DNA of 36,605 nt from Bacteroidales bacterium. GTDB lineage: Bacteria > Bacteroidota > Bacteroidia > Bacteroidales > UBA12077. The stretch covers positions 1 through 36,605 of the forward strand of contig JANQHR010000087.1 in the NCBI GenBank assembly GCA_028282585.1, read 5' to 3'. The notes below the pieces were generated by a model that was not told the DNA's origin, did not search any database, and worked only from the letters and a program-made list of their open reading frames with translations. The position numbers and the translations under genes are program-made. Shown piece by piece: positions 9,603-16,969 of the stretch; the first letter of the stretch is position 1; each line of letters opens with the position of its first letter.

Positions 9603-10041
9603 GCTTTCTCTCCCTTATAATTTCATAATTTACAGCCACCTGCACATCTTTGTTTAACATAGATATAACAGGACAATACTCTTCTTTAGATTTCTTAATA
9701 ACACTATCCATTTCTTGATTTGTAAGGTTTTCGGAATCTATTTCGATATTAATGTCAACATTCTTTAACCCTGTAGGGTGTTCTTCTTTTCTTATTCCGT
9801 TTGCATTAATATTTACCCCTGAAATAACTATATTCTTTTTCCTTAAAAATATTAGAACCGTACTTACAATACATGAAGATATACTAAGCAAAAACAGTTC
9901 TAGTGATGTATACCCCAGGTTATCTCCCAACGGAGGCGTATAATCTATAGATATTTGTTCATTCTCCCTACTTACTCCGTTAAAGTGCAGCTTATCATTA
10001 TTTAAAACAAGTGACACTTTAAGTTCCTTATTTATTTCCAT
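9592..10041 (-). CDS. OsmC/Ohr family protein (YhfA-like)
   Basis: G..SLELFLLSISSC and EEYCPVISML carry the two conserved cysteines. ATG 10041 is preferred, with TAACTTTG just upstream. Confidence 0.9.
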   Translation of the reverse strand: MEINKELKVSLVLNNDKLHFNGVSRENEQISIDYTPPLGDNLGYTSLELFLLSISSCIVSTVLIFLRKKNIVISGVNINANGIRKEEHPTGLKNVDINIEIDSENLTNQEMDSVIKKSKEEYCPVISMLNKDVQVAVNYEIIRERKHVK

Positions 10042-10053
10042 ATTGTTTTTTTT

Positions 10054-10098
10054 CAAAGTTACAATATAGAAGTCAAATCCTATTTTGATATTTGTCAA
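10054..10098 (-). promoter_or_regulatory. Crp/Fnr-type box plus -7 element for osmC-DUF3795
   Basis: On -: TTGACAAATATCAA (10085-10098), 23 nt, TAACTTTG (10054-10061). Confidence 0.75.
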
Positions 10099-10232
10099 TT
10101 TTTGAACTTATTTTTCATACGTCTGTTAAAATGATTACCCATTGGTTTTCCATTAACATCAGCACATTTAATTTGATTAATATTATTTTATAATTACTTA
10201 AATTGAATAATTTTGTAGAAAATTGCTAAATC

Positions 10233-10799
10233 ATGCAGGGTTTTAAAGAAACATTACAAAAACAATTTAATCTTTCAGAATGTGATTGGGAGATTACGGA
10301 AAAATACTTTAAGATTGAAGTTATTAAACCTAAACAGTTTTTTGTAAAAATTGGGGAAGTTGCCAATAAATTAGGCTTTGTTAAGTCAGGTGTATTAAGG
10401 AGCTACACTTATGATGATGAAGGTAAAGAAGTAACTTTGCAATTTTTTAAAACAGGAACAGTAGTAATTATTCCATACAGTTTTAATGAAGGTGTTCCGG
10501 TAAATGAAAATATTATTTCTTATGAACAAACTGAATTAATAACAACTACATCGGAAGAATTTTCGGAATTGTATAAAAAGGTAAGTTTATGGCAGCATAT
10601 CTGTAAAGGAGTTTCTGAAATTAAAAATGACCAGCTGTTAGACCGGACCGTTCAGTTCCAAACGAATAAAGCAATTGACAGGTATGAAGAATTTTGTAAA
10701 AGCAATCCTGAAATAGTAAAAGTAGTACCTCTTACTCATATCGCATCTTTTTTAGGTATTGACATTGCCACGCTTTCGCGATTAAGGAACAAACGATAA
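10233..10799 (+). CDS. Crp/Fnr family transcriptional regulator (short Bacteroidota type)
   Basis: cNMP-like domain (LGFVKSGVLRSYTYDDEGKEVTLQF); C-terminal HTH IASFLGIDIATLSRLR. Confidence 0.93.
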   Translation: MQGFKETLQKQFNLSECDWEITEKYFKIEVIKPKQFFVKIGEVANKLGFVKSGVLRSYTYDDEGKEVTLQFFKTGTVVIIPYSFNEGVPVNENIISYEQTELITTTSEEFSELYKKVSLWQHICKGVSEIKNDQLLDRTVQFQTNKAIDRYEEFCKSNPEIVKVVPLTHIASFLGIDIATLSRLRNKR

Positions 10800-10801
10800 T
10801 T

Positions 10802-10846
10802 TTGATCAATATCAAATTAAAAGTTCATTGAATTAAAATATTTTAG
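10802..10846 (+). promoter_or_regulatory. Crp/Fnr-type box plus -7-like element directly after the crp stop; no intact downstream gene
   Basis: TTGATCAATATCAA (10802-10815, exact TTGAT-N4-ATCAA), 23 nt, TATTTTAG (10839-10846). Confidence 0.6.
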
Positions 10847-10950
10847 CTTATTTAAAATAATTTAAATTTAAGTTAAAAAACATTACCTCTTTTTAGTTCT
10901 TCGTTAGTTATAGCAATTACGGATTTTATCAAAATCACATTAACAAACAG

Positions 10951-11625
10951 TTAGTTATTAAGCAAGTATAACACTACTGCAGTTGAAAGAACCGTTAACC
11001 ACGGTGAAATGCTATGCACCTGATTTATAAACTCTGACGGTGAGTCATCCAATGCTAATAGTGTACCAGTGCATATTGTGCTTAAGAATAAAAAATTCAT
11101 TGTAAATCCGGCTATTTTTTCAGAATTACTTAAACCAAACTTTTTATGTTTTTGCCATAACGTTAAATCTACTAAAACAAGATTGGAAGCTGAACTAAGT
11201 TTATGTACAGCTAAAACCAAATCATTCGGTTTTTCAGAGTTTGATAATATATAACCCGTTGCAATTGAAGGTATAAATAACAAACTTGATATATATGTTC
11301 TTTTACGTACTTTTGAATTAAAGTCAACCAAACTCTTATCGTCGAAACCCGTTTTTAAATTAGTTAGCATCGGGCCAACCGAATTAAAGCCAATACCATC
11401 ACTCTTATAATTCAAATTATTTGATACTTGCTTTTCGCCAGCTAAAATCAATTCCTTAAAATAAAAATCCCCACCATTGTTTTCTAACAGAAATGATACC
11501 TGTTGATTGCTTAATTTCATGCCAGCGTTGCCTGAAAAACTATGCATAAAATTTTGTGCTTTGATGTAATCTGCAACTGAAATTAATAACAAAAACGTAA
11601 TGATCATTATATTTAGCTTCTTCAT
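10951..11625 (-). CDS. Hypothetical protein: signal peptide, soluble segment, C-terminal His-bearing 4-TM domain
   Basis: Start MKKLNIMIITFLLLISV (ATG 11625); C-domain TGYIL...VLAVHKL...GLS...TGTLL...VHSIS is homologous to 11906..12277. Confidence 0.75.
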   Translation of the reverse strand: MKKLNIMIITFLLLISVADYIKAQNFMHSFSGNAGMKLSNQQVSFLLENNGGDFYFKELILAGEKQVSNNLNYKSDGIGFNSVGPMLTNLKTGFDDKSLVDFNSKVRKRTYISSLLFIPSIATGYILSNSEKPNDLVLAVHKLSSASNLVLVDLTLWQKHKKFGLSNSEKIAGFTMNFLFLSTICTGTLLALDDSPSEFINQVHSISPWLTVLSTAVVLYLLNN

Positions 11626-11650
11626 TTTATTTTTAATTAAAATTTCCGGA

Positions 11651-11695
11651 CAAAATTCAGAAGAGTTATTGAATATACTTTTTGACAATTGTCAA
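11651..11695 (-). promoter_or_regulatory. Crp/Fnr-type box plus -7-like element
   Basis: Perfect palindrome TTGACAATTGTCAA (11682-11695), 23 nt, GAATTTTG on - (11651-11658). Confidence 0.7.
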
Positions 11696-11833
11696 AAAAG
11701 CTTGCATCGTGCTACATCTTCTCCAAGAAATTGAAAGTGTCTTGTGATCTAATTTTCTAAAAAATCCCGTTCAACATCTAAAAGCCTGCCTGTCACTTTA
11801 ATTATGCCTAAATAATCATGTTCAATTGATTAT

Positions 11834-11878
11834 TTGATATTTGTCAAAGTGATAACTGAATATTAGTTCTGAATTTTA
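11834..11878 (+). promoter_or_regulatory. Crp/Fnr-type box plus -7-like element
   Basis: TTGATATTTGTCAA (11834-11847, identical to 10085-10098), 23 nt, GAATTTTA (11871-11878). Confidence 0.7.
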
Positions 11879-11905
11879 CGGCCTCAAACTTTAAATTAAC
11901 CGATC

Positions 11906-12277
11906 ATGGATTCTACAAAAATTAAACTAGTAAGTTATTTATTGTTCTTAGGAATAACACTAATTACAGGTGGCATATTGAATAAATTTGGCACTCCTTA
12001 TAAAAAACGCGTTTTAGGCGTACATAAATTAGCAACTTTAGGAATCCTGGTTGCGGGGTTCATTATTACTTATGACGATTATATAAACCCTGGGCTTAGT
12101 GTTCATTCTTTTGCAATAACTATAGCATCAACAATAGGATTATTAGGTGTTTTATATTCCGGAATTAAACTGATTTATAATGGGGGACATATTACCCTTA
12201 TACTTACTCATAAAATTTCTTCATTAGCAGTAATTTTTTATTCTATTTTTTTAATTGTTAAAACTTTAAAAAGCTAA
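11906..12277 (+). CDS. Small 4-TM membrane protein with two HK(L/I) motifs
   Basis: Four hydrophobic segments; internal repeat TGGIL...VHKLA / SGIKL...THKIS. Confidence 0.8.
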   Translation: MDSTKIKLVSYLLFLGITLITGGILNKFGTPYKKRVLGVHKLATLGILVAGFIITYDDYINPGLSVHSFAITIASTIGLLGVLYSGIKLIYNGGHITLILTHKISSLAVIFYSIFLIVKTLKS

Positions 12278-12458
12278 TGAAAATGTTAATTAAAGACAAA
12301 TTTGATTTTTGTAGAATTGATGATATTTTTTTTATAAACCATTCTGGGTGAATCATGATGTTTCCCTGAATATAATTTCCAAAATAAAAAAATGGTAAAA
12401 AATAAAACTGTAGTAATTCTAACAGTTCTGAATTATAAAATCTTAATAATTATTAATT

Positions 12459-13193
12459 ATGAAAAACTTAAAAAAACTAACCCTGTTTATTGCATTAATT
12501 GCATTGATTTCATGTAATAAGCCTTATAATGGATACGAGTTAATTAAAAAGATGAAAGAGCAATATAATAATTCTTTTTACACAAATTTTACGTTTTCGC
12601 AAAAAGTTACAAATTATAAAAATGATTCAATTATTAATGAAACTGTTTGGCATGAGGCATATTCATACCCCGGCCAATTAATTATTAAATATGACAGTTT
12701 TGGCAGTGGCAGTGGAGTTATATATAATAACGACTCGGTGTACAATTTTCGAGCAAATGAATTAATATCTAAACAAAGAAAAATTAATGATTTAGTTTTA
12801 ATCGGTTATGATATTTATGAGCTTCCGGTTGATTTAACGTGTGATAAACTTCAAGAGCTAGGTTATGATATAAGTAAATTATGCTTATCAAGTGTTAATG
12901 ATAAACCTGCGTATTGTGTTGGAGTTGAAAGTGAAACCGACAGACAGAATAAATTTTATATCGACAAGGAAACTTTATGCTTTGTTAAACTCGTTAAGTA
13001 TTCCAATGAAACTATTGTTGAGATAGATTTCGAAAATTATAAAATTATTAATAACAAACCAGTAGCTACCGAAGTGGTATTTTATAAGAATAACAAACTG
13101 GTTATGAAAGAAAACTATTATAATATAAAATTTCCAAGCGTAATAGAATACAAAATATTTGATCCTAAGAGTTTTGCAATGGCATTTTGGTAG
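12459..13193 (+). CDS. Lipoprotein, probable LolA-like/lipoprotein-sorting fold
   Basis: Lipobox LIS-C after MKNLKK and a hydrophobic core; FTFSQK...WHEA...PGQL.I and FYIDKETL..VK pattern. Confidence 0.7.
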   Translation: MKNLKKLTLFIALIALISCNKPYNGYELIKKMKEQYNNSFYTNFTFSQKVTNYKNDSIINETVWHEAYSYPGQLIIKYDSFGSGSGVIYNNDSVYNFRANELISKQRKINDLVLIGYDIYELPVDLTCDKLQELGYDISKLCLSSVNDKPAYCVGVESETDRQNKFYIDKETLCFVKLVKYSNETIVEIDFENYKIINNKPVATEVVFYKNNKLVMKENYYNIKFPSVIEYKIFDPKSFAMAFW

Positions 13194-13228
13194 AAATTGC
13201 AAAGTATTCCTTTTAACTCAATAAATTT

Positions 13229-13257
13229 AAACGGTTGAAAAAAATCAACCGTTTTTT
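13229..13257 (+). terminator. Rho-independent terminator
   Basis: AAACGGTTGA-AAAAAA-TCAACCGTTT followed by T-run, downstream of the lipoprotein gene. Confidence 0.8.
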
Positions 13258-13351
13258 AACTATCCTTTTACGTTTAGTTTCCAGACACTAGGCTCCATAT
13301 AATTCTTTAATTTTTTTATAACTATATGGGAAAATTCTTTTTTATTCTTTT

Positions 13352-14338
13352 TTATTCTTTTTTACTATTTCTAATCAAACTTAAAGATAACTCAACCAAC
13401 TCGTCCGCACCATTAATTGGTTTTGTTGGATCGGTTCTAACTTTATAATTAGGATGAATTCCAATTCCTTCCCAACAAAAACCGCTTTTATCTGTAAAAA
13501 CTCCAACAGGAATGCATACTTCCCATCCACAAGATACAGGTATCCAATCAGCATCTGCAAAACCTCCCGCAGTGGTATCTCCCACTAGTTTAATATGAGG
13601 CAATTCTCGCATGGCTAAAGCAAAATTTTCGGCCGCGCTAAAAGTTGTTTTGTCAATTAACAATATTACCGGATTTAAGTATTTTATATTTTTTTTGGGT
13701 TTTATCGACCATATTTTTTTATCTGCATAACAATAATGAACCAGTCTGTTTTTTGTTGAAGTTATCATATATTCCCGCTTCTTGTCGGCAAAACAATCTG
13801 CTATTAATTTCCCCACATGATCATCTCCTCCTATGTTTCTTCTTATATCCAAAATTATTCCGTTCGACGATGAAAAATAACTGATGATCTTTTCCATCGT
13901 TTTTTCAGTTTTTTTATAATTTCCAAACTCTCCAAAATGAATATACCCAATACCATCTTCTAACCAAGCAAAAGAAAAGCCATTAAGCATGCTCAGTTCT
14001 TGTTTAAAATACTTATCAACTGCTGGTCTTGACGAAAATAACTTCTTCATGTTTTCGAAACCTATATCTTCAATTATATTTCCTATAGTTCCTGCATAGA
14101 AATGTCGTTTCGAGTTCAACATTTTCACCTGAATGTGTGGGTCATTCAAATGCCTTAGCATACTGGCAACTACATTAAAAAGTTCGTCTTCCGAAGTATT
14201 CTCATTTATTTTAGTTCTATAGACATCATATAAGTTTTTCCAATCAATACCTTTAGTTTCAAATCCACCATATCTAGTATTGTACAAAGTCCAAATTTCA
14301 TTAAAAACATCAATTGGATCATTAATTGTCTTATTCAT
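13352..14338 (-). CDS. S41 family peptidase (tricorn-C1-like N-domain), no signal peptide
   Basis: GIDW...L.DPH; GYIHF; ILDIRRNIGG; TFSAAENF; VGDTTAG; EGIGIHP. Confidence 0.9.
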   Translation of the reverse strand: MNKTINDPIDVFNEIWTLYNTRYGGFETKGIDWKNLYDVYRTKINENTSEDELFNVVASMLRHLNDPHIQVKMLNSKRHFYAGTIGNIIEDIGFENMKKLFSSRPAVDKYFKQELSMLNGFSFAWLEDGIGYIHFGEFGNYKKTEKTMEKIISYFSSSNGIILDIRRNIGGDDHVGKLIADCFADKKREYMITSTKNRLVHYCYADKKIWSIKPKKNIKYLNPVILLIDKTTFSAAENFALAMRELPHIKLVGDTTAGGFADADWIPVSCGWEVCIPVGVFTDKSGFCWEGIGIHPNYKVRTDPTKPINGADELVELSLSLIRNSKKE

Positions 14339-14487
14339 ATTCAATATTTTTACATTTAATTATAGTCACCTCAAATATATTATTTAGTGGCTGCAATAAT
14401 AATGTATCATATCGTATTATTTACAGTTTAAAAATTAAATAATACCCATGTTTTTTGCAGTAGTATCTATTTATGGCAACAATATCT

Positions 14488-14664
14488 TTAAACAACACAT
14501 AACAAACCAATAATAGTATTACGAATTTGTTGTTTTGTGCAAGGCTTTAGCACCATTTTATTAAAAACTGTCTGATCAGAACCGCGGATACAACTACTAT
14601 CCATAGAATTTAAATCATACAAAACTACCACAATTATTGGAACATTATTTCTACTTACTATCGT
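14488..14664 (-). pseudogene. Possible C-terminal half of a response-regulator receiver domain
   Basis: 58-codon open frame with no upstream start: TIVSRNNVPIIVVVLYD...FNKMVLKPCTKQQIRNTII; PII (beta4) and LKP (beta5) spacing resemble REC. Confidence 0.4.
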
Positions 14665-14672
14665 TTATCAAT

Positions 14673-16184
14673 TTAGTCACAATTAATTTCATAATGGTTT
14701 AAGTAAGATTTAATTTTTAACTTGCTCCCAGTACCCTTTTCTAGTCTTTCCTTCCAATTATAGTATTCACCGGTTGAATAAAAATTCTTAACCAAATAGC
14801 TCTTAACTTTCTTATTGAAGCAATAGTTATGTCCAAAAATATTTTCTAAAGAGGCATGCACCTGACAGGCTATCATATCAGCAATTAAATAGTTCTGAAG
14901 GTATAGTGGGTATGAAACATAACGCATACTTGCAATTGGCTCATATTTAAATTCATTATCCACTAATAAGTATTTTCTCATAAGTTCTTCCTGAATTAAT
15001 TGATATGATTTATCCGGGTTTAAATAAAACTCAACTTCTCTCATACTCTTATAAAGCCAATAACGAATAAAAGCCGTAGAATTGTTTTTAGCCTCTTGTT
15101 TCTTTTCAAAAATTAACTTTCTATCTTGATTCGTATATTTTACCTGCCATTCAAAGTTACGGGTAAAATATGCACTTGTTTCTGCCATTCCCTCTGCAAA
15201 ACAAGTAGCTCCACTTCCTGGCACCCATTCATACCCCTCTAGAATTGGATAGTTTATATCACAGAAAAGCCCCTGTAATCCATGTCCCATTTCATGCATC
15301 CATATATGAATATCCAATCCATTAGTTATAACAGCCTTAAATTCATTCGGTATATTAATCATTAAACCTTGTCCCCCAATTCCTGCCGGAAGTTGTTTTT
15401 CTATAAGCAATGCCGGTAAACTATCAAATTCAAATCCTATGTTATTTAAGGTTTCTTTTACCATGTCGATATTATTAGCCTTTACCTTGTCAGGGTTATT
15501 ACTATTATAAAACAATAGAAAAAGCTCGTTAAAGTCTGAGTATGCAAAAGTTTCAATATCTTTTTTATGCTTAGTATTATTAACTAGCTTAGTATAATCT
15601 TTATCTGTTAATAAATACATTGAATCAACAAAGTTTGTAAACCAATCGTAACCTAATCCATTTACTTCAAAAGTTAGTTCTACGTAATTATCATAACCTA
15701 ACTCAATAGATTTTCTATTTCTTAGTTTTGCAAGTTTTATCATTAAGTGTTCTAGGCTTTCCTCGTCAAATAATTCTTCATTTGATACTTTCAACTTATG
15801 CTCCAGTTCATTGCGAAGTTGCATTATTTCATCATCGTATTCAACTTTGGCCATTTGTAAAATTCTATACCAGGTTTCAACGCGTTTTGCCAGTAGTCCA
15901 TCTTTTATTAATTCGATCTTACCCTGCCAGTTATATATTAAAGAGTTCAAGGTATCATTCATTAAAAGGATTTTGAATTTTTGTTTCGGTGTATTTAAAT
16001 TAACATTTTCACTATTGGTATAAAGATCCCAATAAGAATTACCTAGTTCATTAGATATCATTTCATATCTTGATTCCATCGTATCAAGTATTTTTTTCAA
16101 CTTTTCTTCATTACTTAACGCATTATTTTGAATAATAATTAAAAGTAAGAATACTCTTATCACACAATTTATTACATAGTTCAT
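14673..16184 (-). CDS. Exported gluzincin metallopeptidase (M3/M2-like)
   Basis: HEMGH followed by FAEGMAE; LAKLRNRKSIELGYDNY; YLQNYLIA; N-terminal hydrophobic leader from ATG 16184. Confidence 0.85.
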   Translation of the reverse strand: MNYVINCVIRVFLLLIIIQNNALSNEEKLKKILDTMESRYEMISNELGNSYWDLYTNSENVNLNTPKQKFKILLMNDTLNSLIYNWQGKIELIKDGLLAKRVETWYRILQMAKVEYDDEIMQLRNELEHKLKVSNEELFDEESLEHLMIKLAKLRNRKSIELGYDNYVELTFEVNGLGYDWFTNFVDSMYLLTDKDYTKLVNNTKHKKDIETFAYSDFNELFLLFYNSNNPDKVKANNIDMVKETLNNIGFEFDSLPALLIEKQLPAGIGGQGLMINIPNEFKAVITNGLDIHIWMHEMGHGLQGLFCDINYPILEGYEWVPGSGATCFAEGMAETSAYFTRNFEWQVKYTNQDRKLIFEKKQEAKNNSTAFIRYWLYKSMREVEFYLNPDKSYQLIQEELMRKYLLVDNEFKYEPIASMRYVSYPLYLQNYLIADMIACQVHASLENIFGHNYCFNKKVKSYLVKNFYSTGEYYNWKERLEKGTGSKLKIKSYLNHYEINCD

Positions 16185-16213
16185 AAACTCTAATTTAATT
16201 TTATAAAAACACT

Positions 16214-16258
16214 CAAATATCAATATTATTTAAAGTTTGTTATCTTGACAAAAGTCAA
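16214..16258 (-). promoter_or_regulatory. Crp/Fnr-type box plus -7-like element for the M3-like peptidase
   Basis: On -: TTGACTTTTGTCAA (16245-16258), 23 nt, GATATTTG (16214-16221). Confidence 0.7.
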
Positions 16259-16635
16259 AAAATAGATTTTAATGAAGTACGAAAATGAATTGCTATTTCA
16301 GATTTAAATGTCTTAGCATTTTTAAGCCAATTTAGCCAAGCGGTATCAGTTTAAAAAAAGCTCTGTTATTGGGTTTGCATTAGGCGGAAGCAGATATGCT
16401 AGTTGTTTGAAAATAAATTTAAGATGGTAAAAAACGTTCTATTACAATTAGTCTCTTATGAAAGAGATATAACAGTATCATAAAGACTTGGGAAGCTATA
16501 ATTTTCGAACATTATTAGAATTTATCATTTTTTATACTTTAAAGGTTTAGCATTATTTACGAATGAGAAACAAAGAAGACCCATCTTGAAATATCACCTT
16601 TAATTAACTATGCTTGTTGGAATTATTAATAAACC

Positions 16636-16665
16636 AAAAAAGCCGATGAAAAATCATCGGCTTTT
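16636..16665 (-). terminator. Rho-independent terminator of the tRNA-Gly/Leu transcript
   Basis: AAAAGCCGATGA-AAAA-TCATCGGCTTTT hairpin with A/T runs on both sides. Confidence 0.88.
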
Positions 16666-16666
16666 G

Positions 16667-16751
16667 TACCCAGGGCGGGACTTGAACCCGCACAACCAAA
16701 ATGGTCACTGGATTTTAAGTCCAGCGCGTCTACCAATTCCGCCACCTGGGC
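16667..16751 (-). tRNA. tRNA-Leu (TAA)
   Basis: GCCCAGGTGGCGGAATTGGTAGACGCGCTGGACTTAAAATCCAGTGACCATTTTGGTTGTGCGGGTTCAAGTCCCGCCCTGGGTA: 85 nt with long variable arm. Confidence 0.97.
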
Positions 16752-16768
16752 ATCTTTAAATAAAGAAG

Positions 16769-16841
<73 letters not shown>

Positions 16842-16894
16842 GTTATAATTGGAATATCAATACTTTTAAGTACACTTTGCTATTCTTGCGTTTA

Positions 16895-16909
16895 GCGGAT
16901 GCAAATATA
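16895..16909 (-). promoter_or_regulatory. -7 promoter element for tRNA-Gly/Leu
   Basis: TATATTTGCATCCGC on - strand. Confidence 0.75.
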
Positions 16910-16969
16910 TTTATTTTTTTTGTACTGCAAAAAAATATAACTAAAAAAACTTCCAGTTTTTTCAAGAAT

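Noticed and set aside
11700-11820. DYLGIIKVT on - strand resembling a Crp HTH remnant
   Set aside because: Only a few residues match and the LSR motif is absent; indistinguishable from chance.
13235-13248. Sixth TTGA-N6-TCAA match
   Set aside because: Part of a terminator stem, lacks the TTGAY consensus and has no adjacent gene start.
16260-16620. Possible gene ruin or integrase remnant next to tRNA-Leu
   Set aside because: Short open frames exist on both strands but I recognised no family and no tyrosine-recombinase motif.
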